Assembly (NCBI RefSeq): GCF_009914755.1
Contig: NC_060926.1
Length of the DNA stretch: 64,000 nt
Source of the DNA: the human T2T-CHM13v2.0 reference genome, Homo sapiens
Direction: 5' to 3' (one strand)
Part shown: piece by piece, positions 24,900-40,539 of the stretch
Position numbering within the stretch: the first letter of the stretch is position 1
Layout: each line of letters starts with the position of its first letter
Position numbers and translations under genes: made by a program
Notes under the pieces: generated by a model
Seen by the model: the letters and a program-made list of their open reading frames with translations, nothing else
What the model was told of the DNA's origin: nothing
Databases searched by the model: none

Positions 24900-25870
24900 A
24901 TTTGGACAAGATGTAATTGGACTCCACAATGAGTGGCTGAGGTTAGGGTAGGGTTTGAGAGAGGAATGGAAATTCAGGAGCTATTTCACTGGAAGAACAA
25001 ATAGGAAACAGAGACTAATAAGTGAAGGGAGGAAGAGAGAGAAAGTCACAGATATTTGCAATAAGCCTCTCCTAGGTAACTGCATAAATTAAACAGTGAT
25101 GCCATTTAACAAAGGTGACACACAGGTGAAGAAGTTTAAAGGTAAGGGAATCAATGACATTTGGTTTTTGTGTGTGATGTTTGAGGGACTTTATGTGGTA
25201 TGTGTGTGTGTGTGTGTGTTTGTGTGTGCGTGTGTCTGAGTATTGTCCAAATGGAGATCGCAGATTAACAATTGCTTAGAGGCCTCCAGATTCCAGACAA
25301 ATCTGGGTTTGTTGAAGCCTGGGACAGGATGCATGAATGCAACAAAAGTACAAAAGTTGGGAAGAAAGACTGAGAACAGGATGTGGAATACCCAAGGCAG
25401 CAGAGGAGGGGCTGGCAGGGGATTTTCTTTCTAGAGAGAAGACACAAGGAAGGGTGGTTGTGGAAACCCAAGGAAGAAGAAAGTCTTAAGATGCTACAGT
25501 TAGCATTCCCAATGCCATTTAGAGATCCAGATAGATCTTGTAGAGGTGTGCTTGGATTTTAGCAGTTGCAATCACTGATGACCCAGGGTAACACTGAAGG
25601 GATGTGACAGTAGGCTGAACACAGTGAATTTCTGTTTAGGGCAGGTGGGAGAAGGCGAGGGCACAGCAGAGTAGCACGCATTCAGTAGGCACAACATTGA
25701 TAGAACCGAAGGAGTAAAGGAGGAAACAGAAAAAAGTTGGTTTTCTTTAAAAAAATTTAACACATTGGCCTGCTGAAAAGTCTCAGGCATAGAGGGAAAG
25801 ACTTAAAGTTTTAGGAGAGCAGTGAATAATTAACAGGGCAAGATTTTAAAGTAGGGTTGAGAAGGTGCAG
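24900..25870 (-). mobile_element. L2 fragment containing a (TG)n tract at ~25201-25234
   Basis: 'gatgccatttaac...gatgtttgaggga...tccaaatggagat...ggaaacccaaggaagaa...ttggattttagca...cactgatgacc' are antisense L2 motifs. Confidence 0.7.
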
Positions 25871-27396
25871 CTAGTGTTTTTGTTTTTCAATTGTTTACTT
25901 TTTGTCTTGGCTCTGTCATGAATCAGTTGTGTGCACTTAATGTGTTCATGTATCTTTATCTCACTCAGAAAGCAAAAGTTTGAATTACATGATCTGTGAG
26001 ACTTATTCTAGACCTAAATAAATATACTTTAAGCATGCAAAATCATCACACTTTATGAGAAAACTGTGTGGGCTTCTGCTATAATTTGTACCTTTCCTTG
26101 GCCAACTTCAAATATGTTGGCTGTTTTGATCAGGGCATGGGCAATGAAAGTCCACTGGGGCCTTAATGGACAGTCTTAATCAAGAAAGGTTGTCACCTTC
26201 TGGATCTTCATATTCATCACCTCATGACCTCCCCTTGCCTTCTCAGGGGGATAGATCCTAGAAATTACTGTCATCGAAATTTAGCAGGGAACTCATTGTT
26301 TTCAAGGACACCTATATTGTTTAGAAAGACACTCATATTCTAATGCAAACAAGCTGTACAGGGCATGCTTAATTTTATTTTGTATGACATATGGCATCAT
26401 GACTATATTTTTAAAAGATCTGGAGAATGCTCTCTGCAAGCTTAAGCATAAAACAAAATGGCTCCATGGCTCCCAGGACTGTGGGCGACTGCATGTAATT
26501 AATGAAGAGGAGGCTAATTAGGACCAGGGGTTACAGCAGGTGATGATTTTCTCCAGCTGCCCTTGGCACCTGCTGACAAGTTGTAGTGACCCTTTGCTCC
26601 TCCGACTATCATCTGAGAATTTGTAGTCTCAGATTGCCCCATTAAAAAACAGAGAATGAAGAAACAATCACCCTGTTAGGTCATCTTTAACAAGCTTTCA
26701 CCAGAGACAAGAGGCCCAAGTCTTGCTGCAGAAACTCTAATGACTTCCCCATTCATTGCATATGCTTAGCAGAGTGGATTCTATAGTAGGCCAGAGAAAG
26801 CAATATTAGGATAACGATGCTTGCACTTTTAGCGCCCACTTCAGTCTGTTTCCATGTCAAAGGAAGTCTCCAAGTTTATAAGATTATGGTGATTTTATCG
26901 CAGGTGCCTAAGCTCCCCTTTAGAACTCTACCACTCAACATATCCACTTTGGTATGACCATTATTATAGCGAGGATAATGTTCTTTTAAGTCTCTTTTAA
27001 TTTCAGAAAGGAGTGCGCTCATTTAAACTAAATAAGTAGCTAATTTTAGACTTAGAAACGTGGAGAGCCAGAAGCAGAGAAGTAAATGTGTAGAATGAAA
27101 TATTCTAAATATATTAAAAGTCCACATATGGTCTGAAGTCCTTAGCATTCTGTTAGTAATAAAAGAAACACAAATAAAACTACTTAAGTAGAAATAAGAA
27201 TATACTGAGTTATTTAATAAAACAGAAGAATAGTAGGAATATTACACACAGGGACAGGAACTTAATTGTACCTCTCTATATCTTATCTCTGCTCCAATTG
27301 TAACCAGACCCAGGTTTGGCTCCCCATCGCTGGAAAGCTGAACACAAGAGGTAAGGATTGGGGGAAGGAGAAGCAGGTTGTAATCAGAGAGCCCAG

Positions 27397-27450
27397 AAAT
27401 CGAGAAGATAGCCGCAAATCGAGAAGACAGCCGCAAATCGAGAAGATAGC
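27397..27450 (+). repeat. 19-bp tandem repeat x~2.8 (aaatcgagaagatagccgc)
   Basis: Units start at 27397, 27416 and 27435. Confidence 0.92.
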
Positions 27451-27463
27451 AAAGTAATATTCT

Positions 27464-27777
27464 CTTTTTTTTTTTTTTTTTTTTTTTGAGACGGAGTCTT
27501 GTTCTGTCGCCCAGGCTGGAGTGCAGTGGAGCGACCTTGGATCACTGCAAACTCCGCCTCCCGGGTCCCGGGTTCACGCCATTCTCCTGCTTCAGCCTCC
27601 CGAGTAGCTGAGACTACAGGCGCCCGCCACCATGCCCGGCTAATTTTTTGTATTTTTTAGTAGAGGCAGGGTTTCACCGGGTTAGCCAGGATAGTCTCCA
27701 TCTCCTGACCTCGTGATCCGCCTGCCTCGGCCTCCCAAAGTGCTGGGACTACAGGCATTAGCCACCGTGCCCTGCCC
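27464..27777 (-). mobile_element. AluY
   Basis: AluY diagnostics. TSD aagtaatattct (27452-27463) / aagtagtattct (27779-27790). Internal 7-bp duplication 'cccgggt'. Confidence 0.95.
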
Positions 27778-30604
27778 GAAGTAGTATTCTTAAGAAGCAT
27801 CTTAAATTTTAAAATTTACCATAGGGTTTTTAAAGAAAAACCTCGTGTGGGAGACAGGCGGGAGTGGTGCCCCATGCAGGGTCTGTGTGACCTGTTGTGA
27901 CTAATTGCCTTGTCCAGAGGTCTAGCTGGCATAATCTTGACGTTAGCCTGATGGTGGTGTACTAAGTGTTTGGAACTCTCTCTAAGTGGGAGGATTCCTC
28001 AATGAGGGCTCCATGTCTGGTTTGTTTCAAGATGAACCTCTAGGATTTCTAAGCACGAGCGTAATTAGATAAGCATGCATGGCTGGAGGGGAGTGTCTAG
28101 AGAATGAAAGAATGAAGAGGTGAGGGGAAAGAATGAAGAAACGTAGTGAGTGGTTTTCAAAACTGAAGTCCTTGGTTATGCTTTCCACTTGAGGTTTCAT
28201 TCTTTAATATTCACTTGCAGCCTTTGAAGGAGAAAGACGGTTTGAAAAATTATGCCAGGAAAGTGCCAAGGAGGCACCCACGAAAGCTGAGAAAATTAAG
28301 CTATTGAAACCTATTTCAGGGAAAGTGAGGGCCTAGTGGGAAATGGGCATTGTTCAAGCAGAAAAAGCTGCAAGCATGTCAATGAAGGAGTGAAAAGCCA
28401 AGTTCACCTTTATCTATGTGGAGGTCCTATAATTACCAGTCCTCACTAGATCCAACTAGTATTGAGGCGGTACAGTGTCCTCAAAACAGGGGATGTGCAG
28501 GGGATGTGTGCGAGAGGAGAACTATACATATGCATTGCATATGGTTAAGGTAGAAAAGAAAGAGTAATTGTATTTGGCATGTCTGGGAGATGCAACATAA
28601 ATTAGATGGTGCTAGCTTTGAGCCTTGAAAGACAACCATGTGATCACAAAGGTGAAGTAGGCCTCCATGCAGATGAAATAACACAGGAGTAATGCAGGAT
28701 TATGGGAAATGCACCTGGCTCAGCACAAAATGGAATAGGTAAGATGTTGGGGTCTCCATGACACAAGCTGAAGGAAAAAGTTCTCCTCTGGCGTCCTTGC
28801 TTTCTGTGCCTGGGAATTTGGTATTAATCTCAAGTTAAATGGGAAGACCTTAAAGGATTTTAGCCAGATTTAGCTCTTTCAAATTTTTATTTAGGTAACT
28901 TTATTGAACTTGGAAAAAGGTAGAGAGGAAGCCATAGAGATGGAGACACACTGGGAAAGAATTTTAAATTCAAATTCATCATCAACTTATATTTTATATT
29001 TTAGAGAAAGGAAAATGGGAGAAATTTATAACATTTATTGCATTTTACAAGTTATTTTGGCTGGTCCCTTATCAATCATGCAAAATACTTGAGTAGTTAA
29101 AATGGCTTCGATTTTTTTTCAGTCGTTCAAATATTATTTTTTCTTATTAGGTGCTTGAGTGACATGAGTCTCTTAATCATTTAAAAATTAAAGCATCATC
29201 AACCAGCACTGTAGAATTAAGAATATAAGGCATCCCATTCTGCCCTGCATATTCAAGGTAAGTGTGATCAGAACCTCACTTCATACTGGGTTTCATTCCT
29301 TTCATCTCCTGTGTCCCAGGGGGGATAAGACAACATAGGAAGAGAAAAACAAAACAATAGGGTGGAAAAAAAAGGAAATAAAATTACTGGGCCTTACATA
29401 TCTATAATTCAGACTGCAAAAGAGTTATTCCATTCTTCAGAGGAAAAATAAATAGTGGACTTTGTTTTATATTTAGAAAACTGTGTCATATAACATTTAG
29501 CAGGCTGAATTTATATTGTCTTTATGACTAATACTTTAAATATATTTGCCATCAGGTCTTCCATTAATTATATAGTCAATGCAACCAAATAGCTGGATTT
29601 TTTACAATAAAAATTTCTACAATTTTATGCCATTTCTTATATCACAATGTGATAATCAGCTGTGTGATCTAAGATTCTCGGCTAGGAGTCATTGTGACTG
29701 GTCTCACCTCAGTTCTTCCTCTAATTTGCTATGTGAATTTTTAGTAATTTCACCCCACTCATTTTCTAATCTACAAAAGAAGTAATCTGTACAAAGTCTC
29801 TTCTAGCACGGAAATTCGCAAATTTGTACCACCAATTTTTTGAGGATATGTAATATTTCTGAAAACTAAAAGCACATGCTGGCCTTTGACAGACAAAGAA
29901 AACGATTCTTCCACAAGCCCACTTTGTTTAAAAACAGCCTGATTCCAGATAGGGGCGTTAATGGGGTTATTTTAAAGTTAGTCAGCCTCTATGCCCTTTC
30001 TTCCAAATGACCAGCTGTTACTGTTATTTTGATGCTTGAGTTTTCTTGTTTCTTAATCATGGCTCTGTTTACACTGTTTCTTGAGGAACAACCCTTAAAA
30101 TGATACTATCTACAATTTCATTGCCACATCACTCAAACTCAATGGATAGTTTTGTAGCAACATCTCTTGTGTCACAAACTATTTTTCAGGAAGAAAAGCA
30201 GGTTTTTAGACTGGGAAAGGGCATCTGGCTTCTTGACAAGTATACTATAACATGGTATTTAAAGCCAGATTCCAGTATAATATCAAGAGGTCATTCTCAT
30301 TTTGAATGAAATAAATAAAAAATCTCAGCATGCTTAAACCAACATATTGAATTAGGAAAGCTAACAGATACTCATTTTCTGTCCCTTCTTATATCTTCCC
30401 AGGTAAAAATACTATCTGTGTTCCATTGATTAAATAATTTGTATTCACTGGCCATTAATTGAAAATGATCTCCAGTTTATCCCATTGTATTATTGCTTTT
30501 CAAATTTCAAATCTAATGTCCATCCATCGTAGAGTTCTTCCACAGACATCCTTAGATACAAACGGATCAAATCCAATATCACTTATAATTTATAAAAAAC
30601 TAAA

Positions 30605-31075
30605 TTAAAACATAATAAATCTGGATGTAAAGCAGCCAAAATGGCCGAATAGGAACGGCTCCAGTCTACAGCTCCCAGCATGAGCGACGCAGAAGACGGG
30701 TGACTTCTGCATTTCCATCTGAGGTACCGGGCTCATCTCACTAGGGAGTGCCAGACAGTGGGCGCAGGACAGTGGGTGCAGCGCACCGTGCGCCAGCCAA
30801 CGCAGGGCGAGGCATTGCTTCACTCGGGAAGCACAAGGGTATAGGGAGTTCCCTTTCCTAGTCAAAGAAAGGGGTGACAGACGGCACCTGGAAAATTGGG
30901 TCACTCCCACCCTAATACTGCACTTTTCCGATGGGCTTAAAAAACAGCACACCAGGAGATATCCCGCACCTGGCTCAGAGGGTCCTACACCCATGGAGTC
31001 TCGCTGATTGCTAGCACAGAAGGCTGAGATCAAACTGCAAGGCCGCAGCGAGGCTGGGGGAGGGGCGCCCGCCAT
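30605..31075 (-). CDS. ORF0: L1 antisense ORF0 homolog, open and extended to 156 aa
   Basis: ATG at 31075 in context gggcaATGg gives MAGAPPPASLRPCSLISAFCASNQRDSMGVGPSEPG..., the ORF0 N-terminus. No stop until TAA at 30605-30607. Expression is unknown. Confidence 0.55.
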   Translation of the reverse strand: MAGAPPPASLRPCSLISAFCASNQRDSMGVGPSEPGAGYLLVCCFLSPSEKCSIRVGVTQFSRCRLSPLSLTRKGNSLYPCASRVKQCLALRWLAHGALHPLSCAHCLALPSEMSPVPQMEMQKSPVFCVAHAGSCRLEPFLFGHFGCFTSRFIMF

Positions 31076-31658
31076 TGCCCAGGCTTGCTTCAGTAAACAA
31101 AGCAGCCAGGAAACTCGAACTGGGTGGAGCCCACCACTGCTCAAGAAGGCCTGCCTGCCTCTGTAGGCTCCACCTCTGGGGGCAGGGCACAGACAAACAA
31201 AAAGACAGCAGTAACCTCTGCAGACTTAAATGTCTCTGTCTGACAGCTTTGAAGAGAGCAGTGGTTTTCCCAGCAAGCAGCTAGAGATCTGAGAACGGGC
31301 AGACTGCCTCCTTAAGTGGGTCCCTGACCCTTGACCCCCGAGCAGCCTCACCAGGAGGCACCCCCCAGTAGGGGCAGACTGACACCTCACACGGCCGGGT
31401 ACTCCTCTGAGACAAAACTTCCAGAGGAATGATCAGACAGCTGCATTCATGGTTCACAAAAATCTGCTGTTCAGCAGCCACCGCTGCTGTTACCCAGGCA
31501 AACAGGGTCTGGAGTGGACCTCTAGCAAACTCCAACAGACCTGCAGCTGAGGCTCCTGTCTGTTAGAAGGAAAACTAACAAACAGAAAGGACATCCACAC
31601 CAAAAACCCATCTGTACATCACCATCATCAAAGGCCAAAAGTAGATAAAACCACAAAG
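30624..31658 (+). promoter_or_regulatory. L1 5' UTR (internal sense promoter and antisense promoter)
   Basis: YY1-type 'aaaatggccg' near the start and the canonical L1PA 5'UTR sequence, with many CpGs decayed. Confidence 0.85.
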
Positions 31659-32675
31659 ATGGGGAAAAAACAAAGCAGAAAAACTGGAAACTCTAAAAAG
31701 CAGAGCGCCTCTCCTCCTCCAAAGGAACACAGTTCCTCACCAGCAACAGAACAAAGCTGGATGGAGAATGACTTTGACGAGTTGAGAGAAGAAGGCTTCA
31801 GACGATCAAACTACTCCGAGCTACAGGAGGAAATACAAACCAAAGGCAACGAAGTTAAAAACTTTGAAAAAAATTTAGACAAATGTATAACTAGAATAAC
31901 CAATACAGAGAAGTGCTTAAAGGAGCTGATGGAGCTGAAAGCCAAGGCTCCAGAACTACGTGAAGAATGCAGAAGCCTCAGGAGCCGATGCGATCAACTG
32001 GAAGAAAGGGTATCAGCGATGGAAGAGGAAACGAATGAAATGAAGCGAGAAGGGAAGTTTAGAGAAAAAAGAATAAAAATAAATGAACAAAGCCTCCAAG
32101 AAATATGAGACTATGTGAAAAGACCAAATCTAAGTCTGATTGGTGTACCTGAAATTGACGGGGAGAATGGAACCAAGTTGGAAAACACTCTGCAGGATAT
32201 TATCCAGGAGAACTTCCCCAATCTAGCAAGGCAGGCCAACATTCAGATTCAGGAAATACAGAGAAAGCCACAAAGATACTCCTCGAGAAGAGCAACTCCA
32301 AGACACATAATTGTCAGATTCACCAAAGTTGAAATGAAGGAAAAAATGTTAAGAGCAGCCAGAGAGAAAGGTTGGGTTACCCACAAAGGGAAGCCCATCA
32401 GACTAACAGCGGATCTCTCGGCAGAAACTCTGCAAGCCAGAAGAGAGTGGGGGCCAATATTGAACATTCTTAAAGAAAAAAATTTTCAACCCAGAATTTC
32501 ATATCCAGCCAAACTAAGCTTCATAAGTGAAGGAGAAATAAAATCCTTTACAGACAAGCAAATGCTGAGAGATTTTGTCACCACCAGGCCTGCCCTAAAA
32601 GAGCTCCTGAATGAAGTACTAAACATGGAAGGGAACAACCGGTACTAGCCACTGCAAAATCATGCCAAATTGTAA
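31659..32675 (+). pseudogene. ORF1: L1 ORF1p pseudogene
   Basis: MGKKQSRKTGNSK... over a 1017-nt span, with premature stops at 32106-32108 (TGG>TGA) and 32646-32648 (CAG>TAG). Confidence 0.95.
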
Positions 32676-32738
32676 AGACCATCGAGGCTAGGAAGAAACT
32701 GCATCAACTAACGAGCAAAATAACCAGCTAACATCAAA

Positions 32739-36556
<3,818 letters not shown>

Positions 36557-36899
36557 GCAATGAGAACACATGGACACAGGAAGGGGAATATCACACTCTG
36601 GTGACTGTTGTGGGGTGGGGGGAGGGGGGAGGGATAGCATTAGGAGATATACCTAATGCTAAATGATGAGTTAATGGGTGCAGCACACCAGCATGGCACA
36701 TGTATACATATGTAACTAACCTGCACATTGTGCACATGTACCCTAAAACTTAAAGTATAATAATAATAAAACCAAATAAAAAAACATAATAAATCTGCTT
36801 TTTACCTTTCTACTACTCTTGACAAATGTATTGATCCAGGCAATTTATTAATCTTAGCAAAGTTTTATTTTGTGAATGTAATTTTAAAAAGTAGACACC

Positions 36900-37034
36900 T
36901 TGAGGCAGTGTTATTATAAGCAAAAATTATGACAATCACTTTGGAAGATTTGGTAATACACATCAAAATTAAAAATAAAAATCTTTGACCCAGTAAAAAT
37001 TCTACTCATTAGAAGTCAGCCTTCCTTCAGGCAA

Positions 37035-37077
<43 letters not shown>

Positions 37078-37620
37078 CATATTTAGATATATATTTACAT
37101 ATTTATATATCTATATCTATATCTATCTATGTCTATCTATGTTGCTTTATTTCTATCTTTCTATCTATCTATGTATTAAAGGCATAAGTCCAGGAAGAAA
37201 TTAATGACCATCAGTGAGAAGTTGATAAAACATACTGAGATGCATTACTTAGATGAAATACTAAGCAATTTTTTAAAAATGGGGTAGATTTATATGTGCT
37301 AATTAGGAAATACTTCTAAGATAAAACCCAGGTGCAGAATAAAATTCCTATATTTTCTTACTGAGTGCTACAGGGATACATAGTTGTATGTGCGAACATA
37401 TTTAAATATTTCCAATGCGTTAAACGCTTAAACTATTTCTGAAAGAATGAAGGAGAAACTGACCATAGAAATTGACTCTGGGAGTGGAACTAGGAGACTG
37501 AGGATTGCACCAAAAAAAGGCTGTGTTTTCATTGACTATTCTTTTGCATAGTTAGAATTTTTGCCATGTGAAAATGTTACTTTAATCTCGTAAAGCTCCT
37601 TAAGATAAAAACAAGATTAA
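36900..37620 (+). mobile_element. Ancient L1 (L1ME-type) 3' fragments with embedded microsatellites
   Basis: 'ctttggaagatttggtaatacacatcaaaatt...ctttgacccagtaa' and 'gtagatttatatgtgctaa'. Confidence 0.55.
37037..37172 (+). repeat. Compound (GT)n / (TA)n / (TCTA)n microsatellite
   Basis: GT run 37037-37074 followed by TA- and TCTA-rich units. Confidence 0.92.
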
Positions 37621-37769
37621 AATCAAAATAGATCATGGCCTTCTTGATTGCAATGCCATTTTGGTGATTCCTGTCATCTTGTCCTTGACCACAGTAGTTC
37701 CCAGAAATGTCCAGACATTTGTTCCTCTCTTTGCCTGTAAGGCCCCTCAATCATTGTCCTCCCAGAAAG

Positions 37770-38260
37770 TACTCCCTTGTCTCTCAGAACCCAGCACAAT
37801 CCTCAGCTCCTTTATGCATGTTTTGCTGTTTGTCACTGTGAACAGAGGCTGTGGACTGCTTGCTCCATTTCCATGCTGCCCTCAATCTCAGACACCATCT
37901 GCTACTTCAGAGAATGGACTAATAAAGACTGCATTTCCCAGATTCCTTTGCAGCTATGCTTCTTGATGTCACATAGATTCTGTTATTCAGTTGCTTTCAG
38001 GTCACATTGTAAGGTTCTTCTGTGGCAGTGTCATAGTATTTTAGCATGCAGTCTCTTTTCACCCTTGATGTCCAAGAGGCACGAAGGTATGTGGCACTGA
38101 TGGTGATTACAGTTTCCTACTTTAGGCTTTTCAATTCTAAGATCACAGCTGAAGTATTTTGTTCTTGGACTCAGTAGTTTGACTGATAGATTCATGGTGG
38201 TGACTATCCACCTGGGTCAATTCTGTAGCATTTTGAGAGTCATTCCTGGAGGGTCTGCTA
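37770..38260 (+). mobile_element. ERVL LTR fragment (LTR33/LTR16-like)
   Basis: 'actgcatttcccagattcctttgcagcta...gatgtcacatagattctg' motif. Confidence 0.5.
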
Positions 38261-38638
38261 CAAGGATACACTGATAAAAACCAAATTCAATGAAAATGCT
38301 CAGAAATAAGAGCAAGTATTGTATCATTTTCTTATTAAAAATTCAAAACAGACAAAAGTGTCTTGTGCTAATTGAAGCCAGAATAATGGCTAACTTTCAT
38401 GTGGGAGGAACATGGCTGGGTGTGTCGTAGGAGAGGCCATTCAAGTTTTATTGACCTTCTTCCATTTTTTAAAATCTGGGTGGATACATTATTTATTTGC
38501 TAACTTAATTCAATGAACTATACATTGACAATTTTGATATTTTTCTGCATGTAAAGTTATATTTCAATGAAAAAACATTTTATTTAAAATTATAAGTTCG
38601 ATAAAAAATCATTTTGCTCTTTATTTGGCTTGATTTGT

Positions 38639-39050
38639 GTTGTGTGTTGAATTGTGCTCTCAAAAGAGATACATTAAAGTCCTAATCCCTGGTGCTTGTG
38701 AATGTGGCCTTAATTAGAAATAGGGTCTTTGTGGGTACAATCAATTTAAATAAAATCATGTCATCATCTTGAATTAGGGTGGGCCCTAACTCTAATCACC
38801 AGTGTTGTTATGAAGAGAGAGACATTTAGACATGGACAAACACAGGGAAGATAGCCATGTGATGACAGAGGCAGGGATTGGATCGATACATCTGCAAACC
38901 AAGGAATGCCATGGATTCCCAATGACCACCAAGGACAAGGAAGAGTCCAGGAAAGATTCTTCCCCAGGGCCAACAGAGGAAGAATGTCCTGTGAGCACCT
39001 TGACTTCACACTTCCAGCTTCCAGAACTGTGAGAAAATAAATCTCTGTTG
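38639..39050 (+). mobile_element. MLT1C-like MaLR LTR
   Basis: 'gttgaattgtg...aagtcctaatccc...tgtgaatgtggcctta...aatagggtctttg...caaggaatgcc...ccagaactgtgagaaaataaat'. Confidence 0.85.
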
Positions 39051-39354
39051 TCTACTATCTTTAGCCCACTTAACGTTTCTACTCTCGTGCAAGAGAGAAA
39101 CAAAAGTCTATCTCTTCTGGAAAACTAACTCTCTTCATGTGTTAAACTTAGAGTGTTTTCTGTTTCCTTCACTGAATTCCGAATGACAAGATCGTCAGGA
39201 GGTGGCCCTCAACATACTCTCTCACTCTACTCAAAAGCTATCATCACTGTTTCTTTTAAGTTTTCTTGTCTATTTCTCTACATTATACTGCCATTCTAAC
39301 CATTTTATGAGTACGATAAACTTATGTTACTAGGTTTTATTCTTAGACATAGCC

Positions 39355-39530
39355 ACCATTTACTAAGTGCTCACTGTATATGAGTTAGGTGCCACCATCC
39401 CTATTTTATATATGAATAGACTTAAGCTTCAGACAAATTAAGTAACTTCTTCAAACTTTCTCAGCTAAAACGTTACAAAACAATGTTTGTACAGCACATC
39501 TCCAAATTCAAGAGCTGACACCCTTATGCA
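39355..39530 (-). mobile_element. MIR fragment
   Basis: 'catccctattttatatatgaatagacttaagcttcagacaaattaagtaactt'. Confidence 0.65.
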
Positions 39531-39536
39531 ATTCAG

Positions 39537-40537
39537 TGTTAACAGAAAACCAGCCACTACGAAATATTTAAATGAGGTTTATTCTGAGCCAATGAGTGAC
39601 CAAGGCCCAGAGAACATAGTCTCAAGAGGTCCTGAGAAAGTGCACCCAAGGTGGTAGGGTTACAGTTTGGTTTTATGCATTTTAGGGAGATGAGAGTTCC
39701 AGGCAAAGACATAAATCAATACATGGAAGGTATACATTGTTTTGGCCCCCAAAGGTGGGACATCTTGAGGCAGGGGCTTACAAGGATTCTTTAGGGTTTT
39801 AGGAATTTTTTAGTTGACAATTGTTTGTGAGAGTTAAGGTATTTTCTAAAGACTTGAATTCAGTAGGAAGGAATGCTTGAATTAAGATAAAGGGATTGTG
39901 GGGGCCCAGGACCTTGTTATGAAGATGAAGCCTCATAGGTGGCAGCCCTCAGAGAGAATAGATGGTAAGTGTCTCTTTTCAGACCTTAAGAGTGTCAAGT
40001 TCTCAATTAATCTCTGCTAGATCTGGGAAAGACCTGGCAATATTAGTGGAGATTCTCTATAGAAGCAAATTTCCGCCACAAAAAGATGGCTTTGCAGGGC
40101 CGTTTCAAAATATGTCAAAGACATATATTTTGGGGTAATATTTTTTTTTTCCTTCAGTCTCTGTCTGTCATGTGATGCTATACTGGAGTCAGGTTGGAAA
40201 GTCAGCCACATTATACCAGGATAATTTTTTAAAAAAATTTAAGGAGATTTTATGGTTTGTAGGGTGTGACTTAATCCTCACCTTAGCTCTTATTTATAAT
40301 TTGGTATCTTAGTACCATGAAAAGTCTGTTTTGTCAGACTTATGATGTCTATTTTTAATTTTAATGCTAGTCAGTTGTGCCTAAATTCCAAAACGGAGAA
40401 GGTATAATGAGGTGCGTCCAACGTCTCTTCCTGCTATGACTGGTAATTCAGTTTTTCAGGTCTCCCTGTGGTTTGCTTGGCCAAGAGGGGGTCCACTCAG
40501 TTGATTAGGGGCATAGGATTTTTATTTTTGGCTTACA
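39537..40537 (-). mobile_element. ERV1 solo LTR, MER4 family (~1 kb, MER4D-like)
   Basis: TG...CA termini ('tgttaac' / 'gcttaca'). 'gaggtttattctgagccaa...gaggtcctgagaaagtgcacccaaggtgg...ttggttttatgcattttagggaga' are MER4 diagnostics. Confidence 0.85.
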
Positions 40538-40539
40538 AT

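Larger units (their letters stand above)
27299..28180 (-). mobile_element. ERV1 solo LTR (MER67-like), interrupted by an AluY
   Basis: Inverted termini 'tgtaacca...' / '...tggttatg'. 'tgtaaccagacccaggtttggct...gagaagcaggttgtaatcagagagcccagaaatcgagaagat' resembles antisense MER67. Confidence 0.65.

Noticed and set aside
27397-27450. CRISPR-like short repeats
   Set aside because: Units are head-to-tail with no spacers, the context is eukaryotic, and there are no cas genes.
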